DNA of 64,000 nt from an uncultured Pseudomonadota bacterium (GTDB lineage Bacteria; Oederibacteriota; Muellerivitia; Muellerivitales; Muellerivitaceae): NCBI GenBank assembly GCA_963770835.1, contig CAVYRH010000008.1, positions 186,692 through 250,691 on the forward strand. Reading direction: 5' to 3'. The translations under genes and the position numbers were made by a program. The notes under the pieces are model-generated. The model was not told where the DNA came from. It saw only the letters and a program-made list of their open reading frames with translations, and did no database searches. Shown here piece after piece: positions 44,657-54,501 of this stretch (positions are counted from its first letter, which is position 1; each line of letters begins with the position of its first letter).

Positions 44657-46774
44657 TCACTTTTGTTTCACGACTTCGATGGCGCAGACCTTTGCGTTCT
44701 GGACTTCGGACTTGAAGCGGATCTCGAGGATCCCGGGCGAGTCCATTTGGATTCCGGAAAAACTCCGGTCGATCCCCTTGTCCATGGCCCCGGCCTCTTT
44801 GAGGATATCGAAATGATCCAGGACCGTGTTACCGTTCAGGAGCACGTCAAAGACCCTTTCGCCGGGGTTCTTCACGTAGGTTTCCGCGAACCGGAGGGTG
44901 ACCTTGTATTTCCCCGCCGGCACGGGCAGGCGGTAGCTGAACTCGGAACCCCAGCGTTCGGTGCCGAAAAGCTCCGGGTCATGGGCGGCGGCGATGGGCC
45001 GGCCGGTGAGCACCGTATCCCCGCTGGTGAAGCCAATATCCTCCCGCCATTGGTTCCCCTCGTGGTCGGTCCAGGCGCTTCCCCCACAGCGGATGCGCCA
45101 AGTGTCGGAAGGGGTCATAGGCGTGGGCGTGGGCCGGGGCAAGAGGGCGGCCGGTTCCGGGGCCTTTCCGTCCTCCATCTTGAACCATTGAGAATCGGCA
45201 TAGGCTTGGGAGGGCTTGCCGTTGGAGGAAGCGTAAAGCCCGACAGCCGTGCCGGTGAACCCGCCCGCCGATTCCTTGGACAGGTCCTCCGAGGGGCAGG
45301 CACCCAGGGTCTCCCATGCCATCCCGTCCTTCGACCAGGCGAATTGGTATTGGTCCTCGTCCCCCGAGAGCCTCAATTGCACCGGGCCCGTGCCCCAGGG
45401 GCTGTTGGCCAGGGTATAGGTCTGCCCCTTAGTGGTACTGCGCACGAAAACCTGGGCCTTCCCCCCCGCCTGCTCCACGCCAACCTCGTAGTGATTGTCG
45501 TCGTTGGACCGCACGCAAAGCCCCGCTTCTTCCCCGTCCTGGGATGGGCTGAATTCGAGGGAGGTGGTAGCCACAAACCGGAAATCCCTTTGGCGCATGC
45601 CCACGAAAGCCGGTTCCTCCATCTTTTTGTTTAAAGAGGCCGGGTTGCAAAGGATCCTTAAAAAACCAGGCTGGGCGGTCAAGGACAGGTCCGCCGGGTC
45701 ACCGTTGCGCACCCTCAGCCATTCGGGCCCCAGTTTCTTCAGCTTGGCGAAATCCCAATGGGTGGTGGGTTTTACCGGCTTTGGGGCGGGCAGGTTGGGC
45801 GCCGTCATTTCCAGCGCCACGTGGTGGTCACCGTTGACCACCGGCCAGCCGTCCTTCATCCAGGTCACGGGGGCCAGGTAGGTCTCCCGGCCCAGCACCG
45901 ATTTGCCGTGGTGAGGCCGCACCCCCAAAAAGACCATCCACCAGGTGCCATCCGGCGCCTCGATCAGGTCGGCATGGCCCGTGCATTGGATGGGGCTGTT
46001 CGGTTCGTCCCGCTCGGTCAGGATGGGGTTATAGGGGCAGTCCTCCCAAGGTCCCCAGGGGGAATCGGACCGGTGGATGGTCTCCATGTGGCGGTCGCCC
46101 GTGCCGCCCTCGGCCAGCATGAGGTAATACTTGCCCTTGATCTTGTAGAGATGGGGCCCCTCGTTCCAGGATTCGTTGGGGTCGTTGAAGATCGGCTTGG
46201 AAGAGCCGACCTCTTGGCCGGTCTTGGGGTCGAACTCGCATTGCTTGATGCCCGCCTTTTCGCCGCCCCCCTGGCTGGTGTAATAGGCCTTGCCGTCGTC
46301 GTCGAAGAAAATGGACCCGTCGATATCCGGGATATTCATCCACATCGGTTCGGACCAGGGCCCCGCGGGGTCCTTGGCCGTGACGGTGAAGTTGCCGCCT
46401 CCGCTCACGTTGTTGCAGGTCAGGTAGAAAAGCCCCTTCCAGTAGCGGATCGTCGGGGCATAGAGGCCTCCCGTGTCGGTGGCGCCCTTCAAGGGCAGTT
46501 GGCTGGGCCGGTCCAGGGCGTTGCCGATCAAGGTCCAGTGGACCAGGTCTTTGCTGTGGTAGATCGGAAGGCCCGGAAAAAATTCGAAGGTGGAATTGAC
46601 GATATAAAAATCGTCCCCTTTGCGGCAGATGCTGGGGTCCGGGTGGAACCCCGTAAGAATAGGATTTTGGAAGGTCTTCACCGGTTCTCCCGCATAGGCT
46701 CGGCCAGGCCGTAAAAAAACGTAGAACAACAAAAGGATTCCCGCCGTCACAAAAAGTATTCCCATAAGGCGCAT
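44657..46774 (-). CDS. GH43 beta-xylosidase/arabinofuranosidase with C-terminal malectin domain
   Basis: NPILTGFHPDPSI, SKDLVHW, APTIRY, EGPHLY, GHADL, LGRET; malectin LRFAETY...RVFDV. Confidence 0.92.
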   Translation of the reverse strand: MRLMGILFVTAGILLLFYVFLRPGRAYAGEPVKTFQNPILTGFHPDPSICRKGDDFYIVNSTFEFFPGLPIYHSKDLVHWTLIGNALDRPSQLPLKGATDTGGLYAPTIRYWKGLFYLTCNNVSGGGNFTVTAKDPAGPWSEPMWMNIPDIDGSIFFDDDGKAYYTSQGGGEKAGIKQCEFDPKTGQEVGSSKPIFNDPNESWNEGPHLYKIKGKYYLMLAEGGTGDRHMETIHRSDSPWGPWEDCPYNPILTERDEPNSPIQCTGHADLIEAPDGTWWMVFLGVRPHHGKSVLGRETYLAPVTWMKDGWPVVNGDHHVALEMTAPNLPAPKPVKPTTHWDFAKLKKLGPEWLRVRNGDPADLSLTAQPGFLRILCNPASLNKKMEEPAFVGMRQRDFRFVATTSLEFSPSQDGEEAGLCVRSNDDNHYEVGVEQAGGKAQVFVRSTTKGQTYTLANSPWGTGPVQLRLSGDEDQYQFAWSKDGMAWETLGACPSEDLSKESAGGFTGTAVGLYASSNGKPSQAYADSQWFKMEDGKAPEPAALLPRPTPTPMTPSDTWRIRCGGSAWTDHEGNQWREDIGFTSGDTVLTGRPIAAAHDPELFGTERWGSEFSYRLPVPAGKYKVTLRFAETYVKNPGERVFDVLLNGNTVLDHFDILKEAGAMDKGIDRSFSGIQMDSPGILEIRFKSEVQNAKVCAIEVVKQK

Positions 46775-46984
46775 GAAAAACCTCCCATGACCAAAGTCTC
46801 GAAGAAGGAGGCTATTATCATCCCGCCAGGCTCAAAGGTCACGGTGGAATTGCCCGCCAATGCTCGCGGACAAAACCTTTTGATTTCAGTTTAAACCTGT
46901 TTCAATCCGTGAAATTAAATGCCCAAGGAACAACGGGATGAGGTTTAAGATACGCTTTACCATCCCAGTCCAGAGGTGCCCTTC

Positions 46985-49783
46985 ATGTCGAAAAACTTCA
47001 GCCGCCTTTTTTTCAGTTTCTTTTTAGTCCTCTCCGCCGCCGGCCCTGGTTTTCCCAAAACAACGACCGCACTCCAAAAAGAAAAAGACGGCGTTGTCCT
47101 CCACCTGCCCGATGGTTTTTTGAATGTCCGGTTTTTCTCCAATTCCATTGTCCATGTCCAATTCGCAAAGAATCCCCGGTTTTTCGGTCACAAGACCCTG
47201 GATGTCGTCGGCAAGCCCGACCCCAAGATCCATTGGTCCCTGAAGGCTACCGACAGAGGCTGGGATCTTCAGGGGGACCTCTTGACGGTTTCCATCGACC
47301 GTTCCGGCGGATTCATCCGGTTCCTGGACTCCTCCGGAAACCCCATCCTCGATGAAGACGGATACGAATTGAACCCGGCCGTAGTCCAAGGCCAAAAAAC
47401 TTTCAACATTCGGCAAAAATGGCTGGCCCAGGAGGGCGAATCCCTCTACGGATTGGGCCAGGAACAAATCGGCACGATGGATTTGAAGGGCTATGACTTA
47501 GATCTTTGGCAGCACAACACCAACATCGTTGTACCTTTCCTGGTCTCCAGCCGGGGCTACGGCCTGCTCTGGGATAACCCCTCCGATACCCGTTTCGGAA
47601 ACTTGAAGCCCTTCGTCCCCATACCCGCGGAATGCCTGACGGATAAGAACGGCCGCACCGGGGGACTTTCTATGGGCCCCATGGACAGCTCCTCACCCGT
47701 CTCCACCACCGCCGACATCAGCGTGACTTTCAAAGGCAAAAACTGGGGCGATCACCCGCCCGCCACGCGCTGGGAAGGCTCCCTGTTGGCGCCGGTGACC
47801 GGCGATTACCAGTTCCGCTGTACCTCCAACGGCGGCATCAAGGTATGGCTGGACGGCAACCCGATCATGGACCATTGGCGGCAGAAATGGCTGGCCGACG
47901 ACGACCAGGTGAAGGTCCATTTGGAAGCTGGAAAGCAATACCCGTTAAAAATCGAATGGGCCACCGAACAAGGTTCGACCCTGCACTTCCTTTGGAAAAC
48001 GCCTTCGGATAAAACGGACACTTCCCTCTGGTCCGAAGTCGGCGACGGTATCGACTATTACTTCGTTTACGGGCCCGACTTGGACAAGGTGGTGGCGGGC
48101 TACCGCGCCCTAACCGGTTCGGCTCCCCTCATGCCCGCCTGGGCCTTCGGCCTTTGGCAGTCGCGCCAGCGCTATGAGACATCCCAACAGAGCCTGGACG
48201 TGGTGGACGGCTTCCGCAAGCGCGGTATCCCCTTCGACAACATTGTGCAGGATTGGATGTATTGGCGTAAGGATACCTGGGGTTCCCACCAGTTCGACCC
48301 GGACCGCTTCCCCGACCCTGTGGGCTGGCTGAAAGCCCTTCATGAAAAGCACGCCCACGTCATGATCTCGGTTTGGGGCAAGTACTACCCCGGCACGGAC
48401 AACTTCAAGGCCATGCTGGACCACGGCTTCCTCTACAAGCCCCTCCTCGACGAGGGCATCAAGGACTGGCTGCAATATCCCTACACTTTCTACGACGCCT
48501 TCAACCCCAAGGCCCGCAAGGCCTTCTGGGGCCAGATAAATTCGGCCTTGTTCCAAAAAGGCATCGACGCTTGGTGGATGGACGCCACCGAACCCGACCT
48601 CATGCCTTCCCCGCCCACCTTGGAAGGCCAGGAAGCCCACCTGAACCCTACGGCCCTGGGACCCGGCGCCAAGGTTTTGAACGCCTATCCGCTGGAAAAC
48701 AGCATGGGCGTTTACGAGGGCCAGAGGGCCGCCGCGCCCAACCAACGGGTTTTCATTCTCACCCGTTCCGGCTTCGCGGGCTCGCAACGCACTGCCTCGG
48801 CCATTTGGTCGGGGGACATCACTTCCACCTGGACGGCCCTTGCTAAGCAAATCCCCGCCGGGTTGAATTTCAGCCTCTCCGGCATCCCCTATTGGACCAC
48901 CGACACCGGCGGCTACACGATGCAGTGGAAATTCGCCAATAAGAAGCCAAAGCCAGAGGACGAGGAGGAATGGCGGGAACTCAACACCCGCTGGTTCGAG
49001 TTTTCCACCTTCTGCCCCCTTTTGCGGGTGCACGGCGAGCTGAGGCCCCGGGAAATGTGGACGCTCGGAGAGGATTCCCCCGCCTATCAAGCGGAGCTGA
49101 AGTTCGACCGCCTGCGTTACCGCCTGTTTCCCTATCTTTATTCCACCGCCTGGGCGGTAACGAAAAACGGGGAAACCTTCCTGCGGCCCTTGGTGATGGA
49201 TTTTCCCTCGGACAACCAGGCCCGGGAACTGACGGATGAATATATGTTCGGAAAGGCTTTCCTGGTGGTGCCCATCACCCACTATCAAGTCCGCAGCCGC
49301 CAGGTCTATTTGCCTGCCGGGGCCACTTGGTACGACTTCTGGACAGGCCAGCAGGTTAAATCGGGTTCCATTGATGCGGCGGCGCCCTACGATGCTATTC
49401 CCCTATTTATCCGGGCCGGGTCCATTATTCCCTTCGGCCCCGAGCTTCAATACATCGGCGAAAAGCCCCAAGACCCCACAATCCTTTATGTTTACGCCGG
49501 GGCCGACGGTGACTTTACGTTATATGAGGATGACGGCCTGACTTACGGGTATGAAAAGGGCGCCTATTCGGAGATCCCCATTCATTGGGACGACGCCTCG
49601 GCCACACTGACAATCGGCGATCGGAGTGGCAAGTTTGAGGGGATGTTGGACAAACGGATTTTCAACGTAGTGCTGGTTTCCAAGAACAACCCGGTTGGAT
49701 TTTCTTTTGAGCCCAACTCAATGCAGAAGGCGGAATATGCCGGGGAAAAAGTTGTAGCTTTTTTGGGGAAATCGGCTCAATAA
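46985..49783 (+). CDS. GH31 alpha-xylosidase with PA14 insertion, secreted
   Basis: YGLGQ, VPFLVSS.GYG, PA14-like insert, WWMDATEP nucleophile, WSGD, TDTGG, LYEDDG; signal peptide; start 46976 or 46985. Confidence 0.92.
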   Translation: MSKNFSRLFFSFFLVLSAAGPGFPKTTTALQKEKDGVVLHLPDGFLNVRFFSNSIVHVQFAKNPRFFGHKTLDVVGKPDPKIHWSLKATDRGWDLQGDLLTVSIDRSGGFIRFLDSSGNPILDEDGYELNPAVVQGQKTFNIRQKWLAQEGESLYGLGQEQIGTMDLKGYDLDLWQHNTNIVVPFLVSSRGYGLLWDNPSDTRFGNLKPFVPIPAECLTDKNGRTGGLSMGPMDSSSPVSTTADISVTFKGKNWGDHPPATRWEGSLLAPVTGDYQFRCTSNGGIKVWLDGNPIMDHWRQKWLADDDQVKVHLEAGKQYPLKIEWATEQGSTLHFLWKTPSDKTDTSLWSEVGDGIDYYFVYGPDLDKVVAGYRALTGSAPLMPAWAFGLWQSRQRYETSQQSLDVVDGFRKRGIPFDNIVQDWMYWRKDTWGSHQFDPDRFPDPVGWLKALHEKHAHVMISVWGKYYPGTDNFKAMLDHGFLYKPLLDEGIKDWLQYPYTFYDAFNPKARKAFWGQINSALFQKGIDAWWMDATEPDLMPSPPTLEGQEAHLNPTALGPGAKVLNAYPLENSMGVYEGQRAAAPNQRVFILTRSGFAGSQRTASAIWSGDITSTWTALAKQIPAGLNFSLSGIPYWTTDTGGYTMQWKFANKKPKPEDEEEWRELNTRWFEFSTFCPLLRVHGELRPREMWTLGEDSPAYQAELKFDRLRYRLFPYLYSTAWAVTKNGETFLRPLVMDFPSDNQARELTDEYMFGKAFLVVPITHYQVRSRQVYLPAGATWYDFWTGQQVKSGSIDAAAPYDAIPLFIRAGSIIPFGPELQYIGEKPQDPTILYVYAGADGDFTLYEDDGLTYGYEKGAYSEIPIHWDDASATLTIGDRSGKFEGMLDKRIFNVVLVSKNNPVGFSFEPNSMQKAEYAGEKVVAFLGKSAQ

Positions 49784-49932
49784 CGCCACCAGATTCAATT
49801 CCCTGTGGAAAAAGTCAAAACCCGTAGCCCCCGGGGTAACACCTTTCACAGGGGGAAAGACCCCTGTGTATCCCGTTCAACTGCCTGAAAACTCCCGTTT
49901 TCAGACTTTCCCATTTCCCCGTGGGGACAAAT

Positions 49933-49960
49933 AAAAAAACCCAGGCCTACGGCCTGGGTT
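49933..49960 (-). terminator. Rho-independent terminator downstream of tRNA-Glu
   Basis: AACCCAGGCC-loop-GGCCTGGGTT followed by poly-T on the minus strand. Confidence 0.8.
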
Positions 49961-49964
49961 CATT

Positions 49965-50039
49965 TGGTAGCCCCACGGGGAATCGAACCCCGATTTAATG
50001 GCTGAGAACCATCCGTCCTAACCGTTAGACGATGGGGCC
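49965..50039 (-). tRNA. tRNA-Glu (anticodon CTC)
   Basis: GGCCCCATCGTCTAACGGTTAGGACGGATGGTTCTCAGCCATTAAATCGGGGTTCGATTCCCCGTGGGGCTACCA folds as a cloverleaf with encoded CCA. Confidence 0.95.
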
Positions 50040-50124
50040 CTACCGCAAAACAGCGAATTCTAAATTTTGAGTTTTGAATTTTAAGTTAAAGGCTTTGATC
50101 TTACAACTTATAACTTAAAGGCGG

Positions 50125-51594
50125 TTATTTCTCCAACGGGTCGAAGATGTTGGAAACCTTCACCACTTTGCCGAAAGCGGAGAGTTCGGGTTCTAAAGCG
50201 GCGGGGCCGCAGACCACGAGTACCCAATTCTTCTGGTCCAAGATAGCCTGGGCCGCGCCGGCAGCCTCATCGCGGGTGACAGCCTTTATCTGGTCGCGAT
50301 AGGTTTTCAAGTAATCCGCAGGATAGCCGTGGAAATCAAGCGAAGCTTTGTAAGGCGCCAGGGTATAGGGGGACTCAAAGTTATAGGCGTATTCCTCGAC
50401 CATGGATTGCTTCGCTTCCGCCAATTCCCTATCCGTGGGCCCTTGCTTGGCGAAATCGCCCATCACCTGGAACATGGTATCCAGGTATTCCTTGACCGAA
50501 TCGGGTCTTGTGCCGCCGATGACCTCAAAAACACCCCGGACATCGTAGGGCAGGCTCACGCTATCCACAAAATAAGCCAATCCTCGGTTCGATCGGATTT
50601 CCCGCATGAGGTGCGAGGTGAACCCGGACCCGCCCAGGATATAGTTGGCCACTTGAAGGGGAATGTCTTTGGGGTCGTGGCGCTTGATACCCAACACGCC
50701 ATAGCGGACAAAAACCTGGGTCACGTCTTTGGGAAAAAAATAGATAGTAGGCCCCAGGGGCTGGGCGTCCTGGAGGTTGGATGGGGCCACCCCGCCTTTC
50801 CATCCCGCGAAGAGGCTTTCCAATTGGGCCGAAGTTTTATCCTCGTCGAAGTTTCCCGTTATGACCAAAACGGCGTTTTGGGGGCCGTAATTCTTTTCGT
50901 AAAAATCCTTCACGTCCGCGACGGTGACGGTCCCCAAAGCTTTGGGACTGGACCATTGTCCGTAAGGACTGTGGCCCATAAGGCTTCGGTAGAACAAAAC
51001 CCTCGTGAGGGCGTCAGGGGTGTCTTCCAGGCGACCCAGGGAATCCAAGGCATCCGCCTTGTCCGTCTCGAAGCGTTTGGCGTCGAATAGGGGGCGCTGA
51101 AGCATGTCCGCGAAGAGACTGAGGATGTCCGGGAAATCACCGGCCAGGCACTTGAACCCCGCGGTGAAATTCTCCTTATCCACCCCTGCCTCCATAGAGG
51201 CCGCTTTGTTTTCCAGGGCCGCGTCAAAGGCCTCGGGGGCCAATTTCCCCGCGCCGCCGTTCCTCAAGAGCACGCTCATCAGCCCTCCCAGGCCTTCCTT
51301 CCCTTCCGGATCCCAGACAGACCCGCCGGGTATCAAAAGATCCGCAGAAACGAGGGGGAGGTTGTCGTTTTTGAGGAAGAGAACCTTCATGCCGCAAGAA
51401 AGGGTCTTCTCGTCGAACGGGGGAACCTGGATTTCCAGCGGCGCCGTCGATGGAACCACCGGCTCTTTCGCAAAGCCTGCTGAACCACAGAGGGCACAGA
51501 GTACACAGAGTAAGAAAAAAGTCATTTTGGATTTTAAATTCTTGCCGTACTTGGTGACCTCTGTGAACTCTGTGGTGAAAAATGTTGTTTTCAT
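50125..51594 (-). CDS. M16 family peptidase, non-catalytic subunit
   Basis: LPLVS, ILGGSGFTSHLMREIRS.RGLAY motif; lacks HXXEH; ATGA-coupled to the upstream M16 gene. Confidence 0.9.
   Translation of the reverse strand: MKTTFFTTEFTEVTKYGKNLKSKMTFFLLCVLCALCGSAGFAKEPVVPSTAPLEIQVPPFDEKTLSCGMKVLFLKNDNLPLVSADLLIPGGSVWDPEGKEGLGGLMSVLLRNGGAGKLAPEAFDAALENKAASMEAGVDKENFTAGFKCLAGDFPDILSLFADMLQRPLFDAKRFETDKADALDSLGRLEDTPDALTRVLFYRSLMGHSPYGQWSSPKALGTVTVADVKDFYEKNYGPQNAVLVITGNFDEDKTSAQLESLFAGWKGGVAPSNLQDAQPLGPTIYFFPKDVTQVFVRYGVLGIKRHDPKDIPLQVANYILGGSGFTSHLMREIRSNRGLAYFVDSVSLPYDVRGVFEVIGGTRPDSVKEYLDTMFQVMGDFAKQGPTDRELAEAKQSMVEEYAYNFESPYTLAPYKASLDFHGYPADYLKTYRDQIKAVTRDEAAGAAQAILDQKNWVLVVCGPAALEPELSAFGKVVKVSNIFDPLEK
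51484..51576. repeat. Nonamer-periodic palindromic repeat inside the 5' end of the M16 gene
   Basis: ACCACAGAGGGCACAGAGTACACAGAG (51484-51510) pairs with 51550-51576 (21/27). Confidence 0.75.
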
Positions 51595-53105
51595 TTTGTC
51601 GGCCTTTCGAGGGTGGCCACGGTACGGTTATCCACGACCAGGTATTTCGAGGCCACATCCTGGATGTCCTTGGACGACACCGACCTCACCATGTCCATAT
51701 ATTGAACCGTGTAACGCCAATCCCCATGGACCGCCTGGTTATAGGCCAGGTCTTGGGCCAGGCCGGAAGTGGAGGTTTTCTCCCAAAGGAAGGAAGACTC
51801 CGCCGCCCGCTGTGCCCTGCCCAGTTCTTCGTCGGTCACGCCGTTCTTTTGGATGTCTTGGATTTCGCTTTCGATGGCGGTAACCACCGCATCGTAGGTT
51901 TGCTTGGAAGCCGGTTCAAATTGCATCACGTAAAGATTCGGGTTCCGGTCACCTGGATAACCTGTATTGGCGGAAATGGAAGTCACCATCTTGTCTTTGT
52001 AGATGAGGTCCCTCACCAACCGTGAGGTATTGCCGGAAGTGAGGATCGTAGAAAGCACGTCCAAGACAACTGATTCCTTGTGGGGAAAATTGGGCACGTG
52101 CCAAGCCATCATGGCCAGGGGGTCGGCGTCGAAGAGGGCGACTGTGGTTTTGGCGCCCTTTTGGGGTGGCTCTTGGGTCCAACTCTGCTTCAAAGGGGGA
52201 TTCTTCGGGTTTGGCACCGTCCCCAAGGTCTTCTCCAGGATGGGGAGAATTTCAGAAGCTTTGACGCCACCCACCACTGCCAGCACACCCCGGTCAGGCC
52301 GGTAGGTTTGGTGGTAAAAATCCACTGCGTCGGGCCGCATCAGCTTCATGATGTCGCTCATCCATCCGATGGTAGGGTCCTTATAAGGGCTTCCTTGGAA
52401 GGCCGTGGCTTCCAAGGCTTCTTCCAAAGCGCCGTCGGGGCTGGATTCGGTCCTCCAGCGGCGCTCTTGGGCCACTACATTGCGTTCGGAATAGAACTCG
52501 CGGAAAACGGGATGGCTCAGGCGGTCCTTCTCGATGGTGGCGTAAAGCAGGACCTTGTTGACGGGTAAAGTGATGTGGTAATTGGTGACATCCTGGCTGG
52601 TCCAGGCATTGAGGCTTTGGCCACCGTTTTTGGTGTAAATGGCGGACAATTCGTCCTTGACCGCGAGCTTGTGGTGCTCCGCCTCCAGCTTTTGCATTTC
52701 CCCCGCTAGCTGCTTCAACCGGTCCATCGAGGGTTCCAACTTCTCTTTTTCGGCGTTGATCTCGCCAGCCACCTTGTCTTGGGCCTCCAGGATGGGTTTT
52801 TCTTTTTTGTAATCCAAAGTCCCGATGGTTTCAGTGCCCTTGAACATCATGTGTTCGAGCATGTGGGGCAGGCCTGTCTTGCCCTTGGGCGCGTCCTGGG
52901 CCCCCACCGGCATCATGAAGGAGAAGGAAACCACCGGCACGCCCGGTTGTTCCAGCACCAATACCCGAAGGCCGTTCTTCAGGACCTTTTCCACCACCGG
53001 CAGGTTAAGGCTGGAGGAAGCCGGGTCCGTTTGGCCCCAGGCGGCGGGAATCCCGACGAGAAAAAGCGCTAGCCCAAAACCGAATTTTTGAGTGAATGCC
53101 GTCAT
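51591..53105 (-). CDS. M16 family zinc peptidase, catalytic subunit
   Basis: LKNGLRV, HMLEH (HXXEH), MFKGT, NAWTS, ERNVV..ERR. Confidence 0.93.
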   Translation of the reverse strand: MTAFTQKFGFGLALFLVGIPAAWGQTDPASSSLNLPVVEKVLKNGLRVLVLEQPGVPVVSFSFMMPVGAQDAPKGKTGLPHMLEHMMFKGTETIGTLDYKKEKPILEAQDKVAGEINAEKEKLEPSMDRLKQLAGEMQKLEAEHHKLAVKDELSAIYTKNGGQSLNAWTSQDVTNYHITLPVNKVLLYATIEKDRLSHPVFREFYSERNVVAQERRWRTESSPDGALEEALEATAFQGSPYKDPTIGWMSDIMKLMRPDAVDFYHQTYRPDRGVLAVVGGVKASEILPILEKTLGTVPNPKNPPLKQSWTQEPPQKGAKTTVALFDADPLAMMAWHVPNFPHKESVVLDVLSTILTSGNTSRLVRDLIYKDKMVTSISANTGYPGDRNPNLYVMQFEPASKQTYDAVVTAIESEIQDIQKNGVTDEELGRAQRAAESSFLWEKTSTSGLAQDLAYNQAVHGDWRYTVQYMDMVRSVSSKDIQDVASKYLVVDNRTVATLERPTK

Positions 53106-53318
53106 TAAGTTTTCCTAACAGGTAGCCGAAGGTTGAAGCGCTGGAATTATATATCAGGGGAGCCCCAAAACCACCCTTCTTTGAATTGAAAGCTGAAATC
53201 TTTCAAGGACGGCAAGTGTAACTTCGGGGACCGCCCTTTCCATATAGTAGAGTATGGACATTCGGTTGGTTCCCAGTTTAGTCTGTTACACCGTATAGGC
53301 TTTAATCCACCTGAAAGG

Positions 53319-54470
53319 TTGCGCGAAATGGCGACGAAATGGATGCGGATGCCGCTGGCGGCGGTTTTCTTGTGGATGATAGCGGGCATCGGATGCTTAA
53401 ACGCCGCTGAAAACGACCTTCAAGTCCAGATAGGCGCCTTCGGAGACGTGGACTACCAGATCCTGGGCACCTCCAATTCCTTTCCGACGCTGAATGATTT
53501 TTCCCTGGGGGACGCCGCAGTGGTGGTAAAAGCCCGTTACGGGGATCACATCAGGCTCCTGGACGAAAACCTCGTGGAGTTCGATGGGCCCGAGCCGGAT
53601 ATTAACATCGATCGTTTCCTGGTCACTTATATTTTCAGCGACGAATTTCGCCTCAGCGCCGGACAGGACCATCTGGCCATCGGCCATTGGATCCGCACCT
53701 ATAACTACGCGGCGGAGAACCAGCTCACCATCAACCGGCCCTTTTTCCTGAGATTCGAGGATGACGGCGGGGTGGTTCCCGTCCATATCATGGGCCTGAC
53801 CGCCGATGGCCTTTTCAATTTGGGCGGTTCCTCCCTCAAATACGAGCTCAATTTGGGCAACCGCGAGAGCGTCCTGGTCAGCGGCAACGGTTCGGGCCAA
53901 GTCCTCCAAGCCGAGCTGAACGACAACGCTTCCGGGGATATCTCCAGCAGCAAGGCGGCCGCGGCCAGGCTGGTATTCAAGCCTTGGGCAGACGGCGGCT
54001 TTTCCCTGGGCGTGGCCTCGGCCTGGAACCGTTGTGATGCCATAGCCGAAACGGGCGATGTCGCAAATTCCCCCCTTCTTTTCTCGGGTCTCGGGCAGGT
54101 CATCCTGGAGGGAGAAATGGTCTATTCGAGCGACAACTTCGATTTGTTCGGGGAGTTTTACGAGTTCGACGACCAGATCGCGGGTTTTCCCACCCAGGGC
54201 AGTTCCAACAACTACGCCTTTTATGTCCAGATGGATGGACAGCCGGTCCCAAATTTATGGCCTTATGTCCGGATGGAAAACCTGCAAGTGGCGGGCTCGG
54301 ACCCCTATTTCCAGGCCCTTTTCCAACAGGACGAGACTCTCTATGTGTTGGGTTTCCGCTACGATATCGAACCAAAGGTGACCTGTTTCAAACTAGAGGG
54401 AAACCTGAGCCGGGAAAGTGCCGCCGCCTATTCGCCTGCAGTGGACGCCCAATGGGCCTTCGGGTTCTGA
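53319..54470 (+). CDS. Putative outer-membrane porin-like beta-barrel
   Basis: Signal peptide, alternating beta-strands, C-terminal WAFGF; true start may be slightly downstream. Confidence 0.6.
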   Translation: MREMATKWMRMPLAAVFLWMIAGIGCLNAAENDLQVQIGAFGDVDYQILGTSNSFPTLNDFSLGDAAVVVKARYGDHIRLLDENLVEFDGPEPDINIDRFLVTYIFSDEFRLSAGQDHLAIGHWIRTYNYAAENQLTINRPFFLRFEDDGGVVPVHIMGLTADGLFNLGGSSLKYELNLGNRESVLVSGNGSGQVLQAELNDNASGDISSSKAAAARLVFKPWADGGFSLGVASAWNRCDAIAETGDVANSPLLFSGLGQVILEGEMVYSSDNFDLFGEFYEFDDQIAGFPTQGSSNNYAFYVQMDGQPVPNLWPYVRMENLQVAGSDPYFQALFQQDETLYVLGFRYDIEPKVTCFKLEGNLSRESAAAYSPAVDAQWAFGF

Positions 54471-54501
54471 TCCCCAATCGCAAACACCGACCGGTAATGG
54501 C

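Noticed and set aside
23975..46904. Possible shared operator TGAAAC-N2-GTTTCA (23975-23988, 46891-46904, variant near 28221)
   Set aside because: Only two imperfect matches, inconsistent spacing in the third, and no cognate regulator in the window
49795..49930. Hairpin cluster resembling a riboswitch
   Set aside because: Lies between convergent 3' ends and lacks recognisable riboswitch consensus motifs
49965..50039. tRNA-Glu as an island integration site
   Set aside because: No integrase and no direct repeat of the tRNA 3' end found in the window
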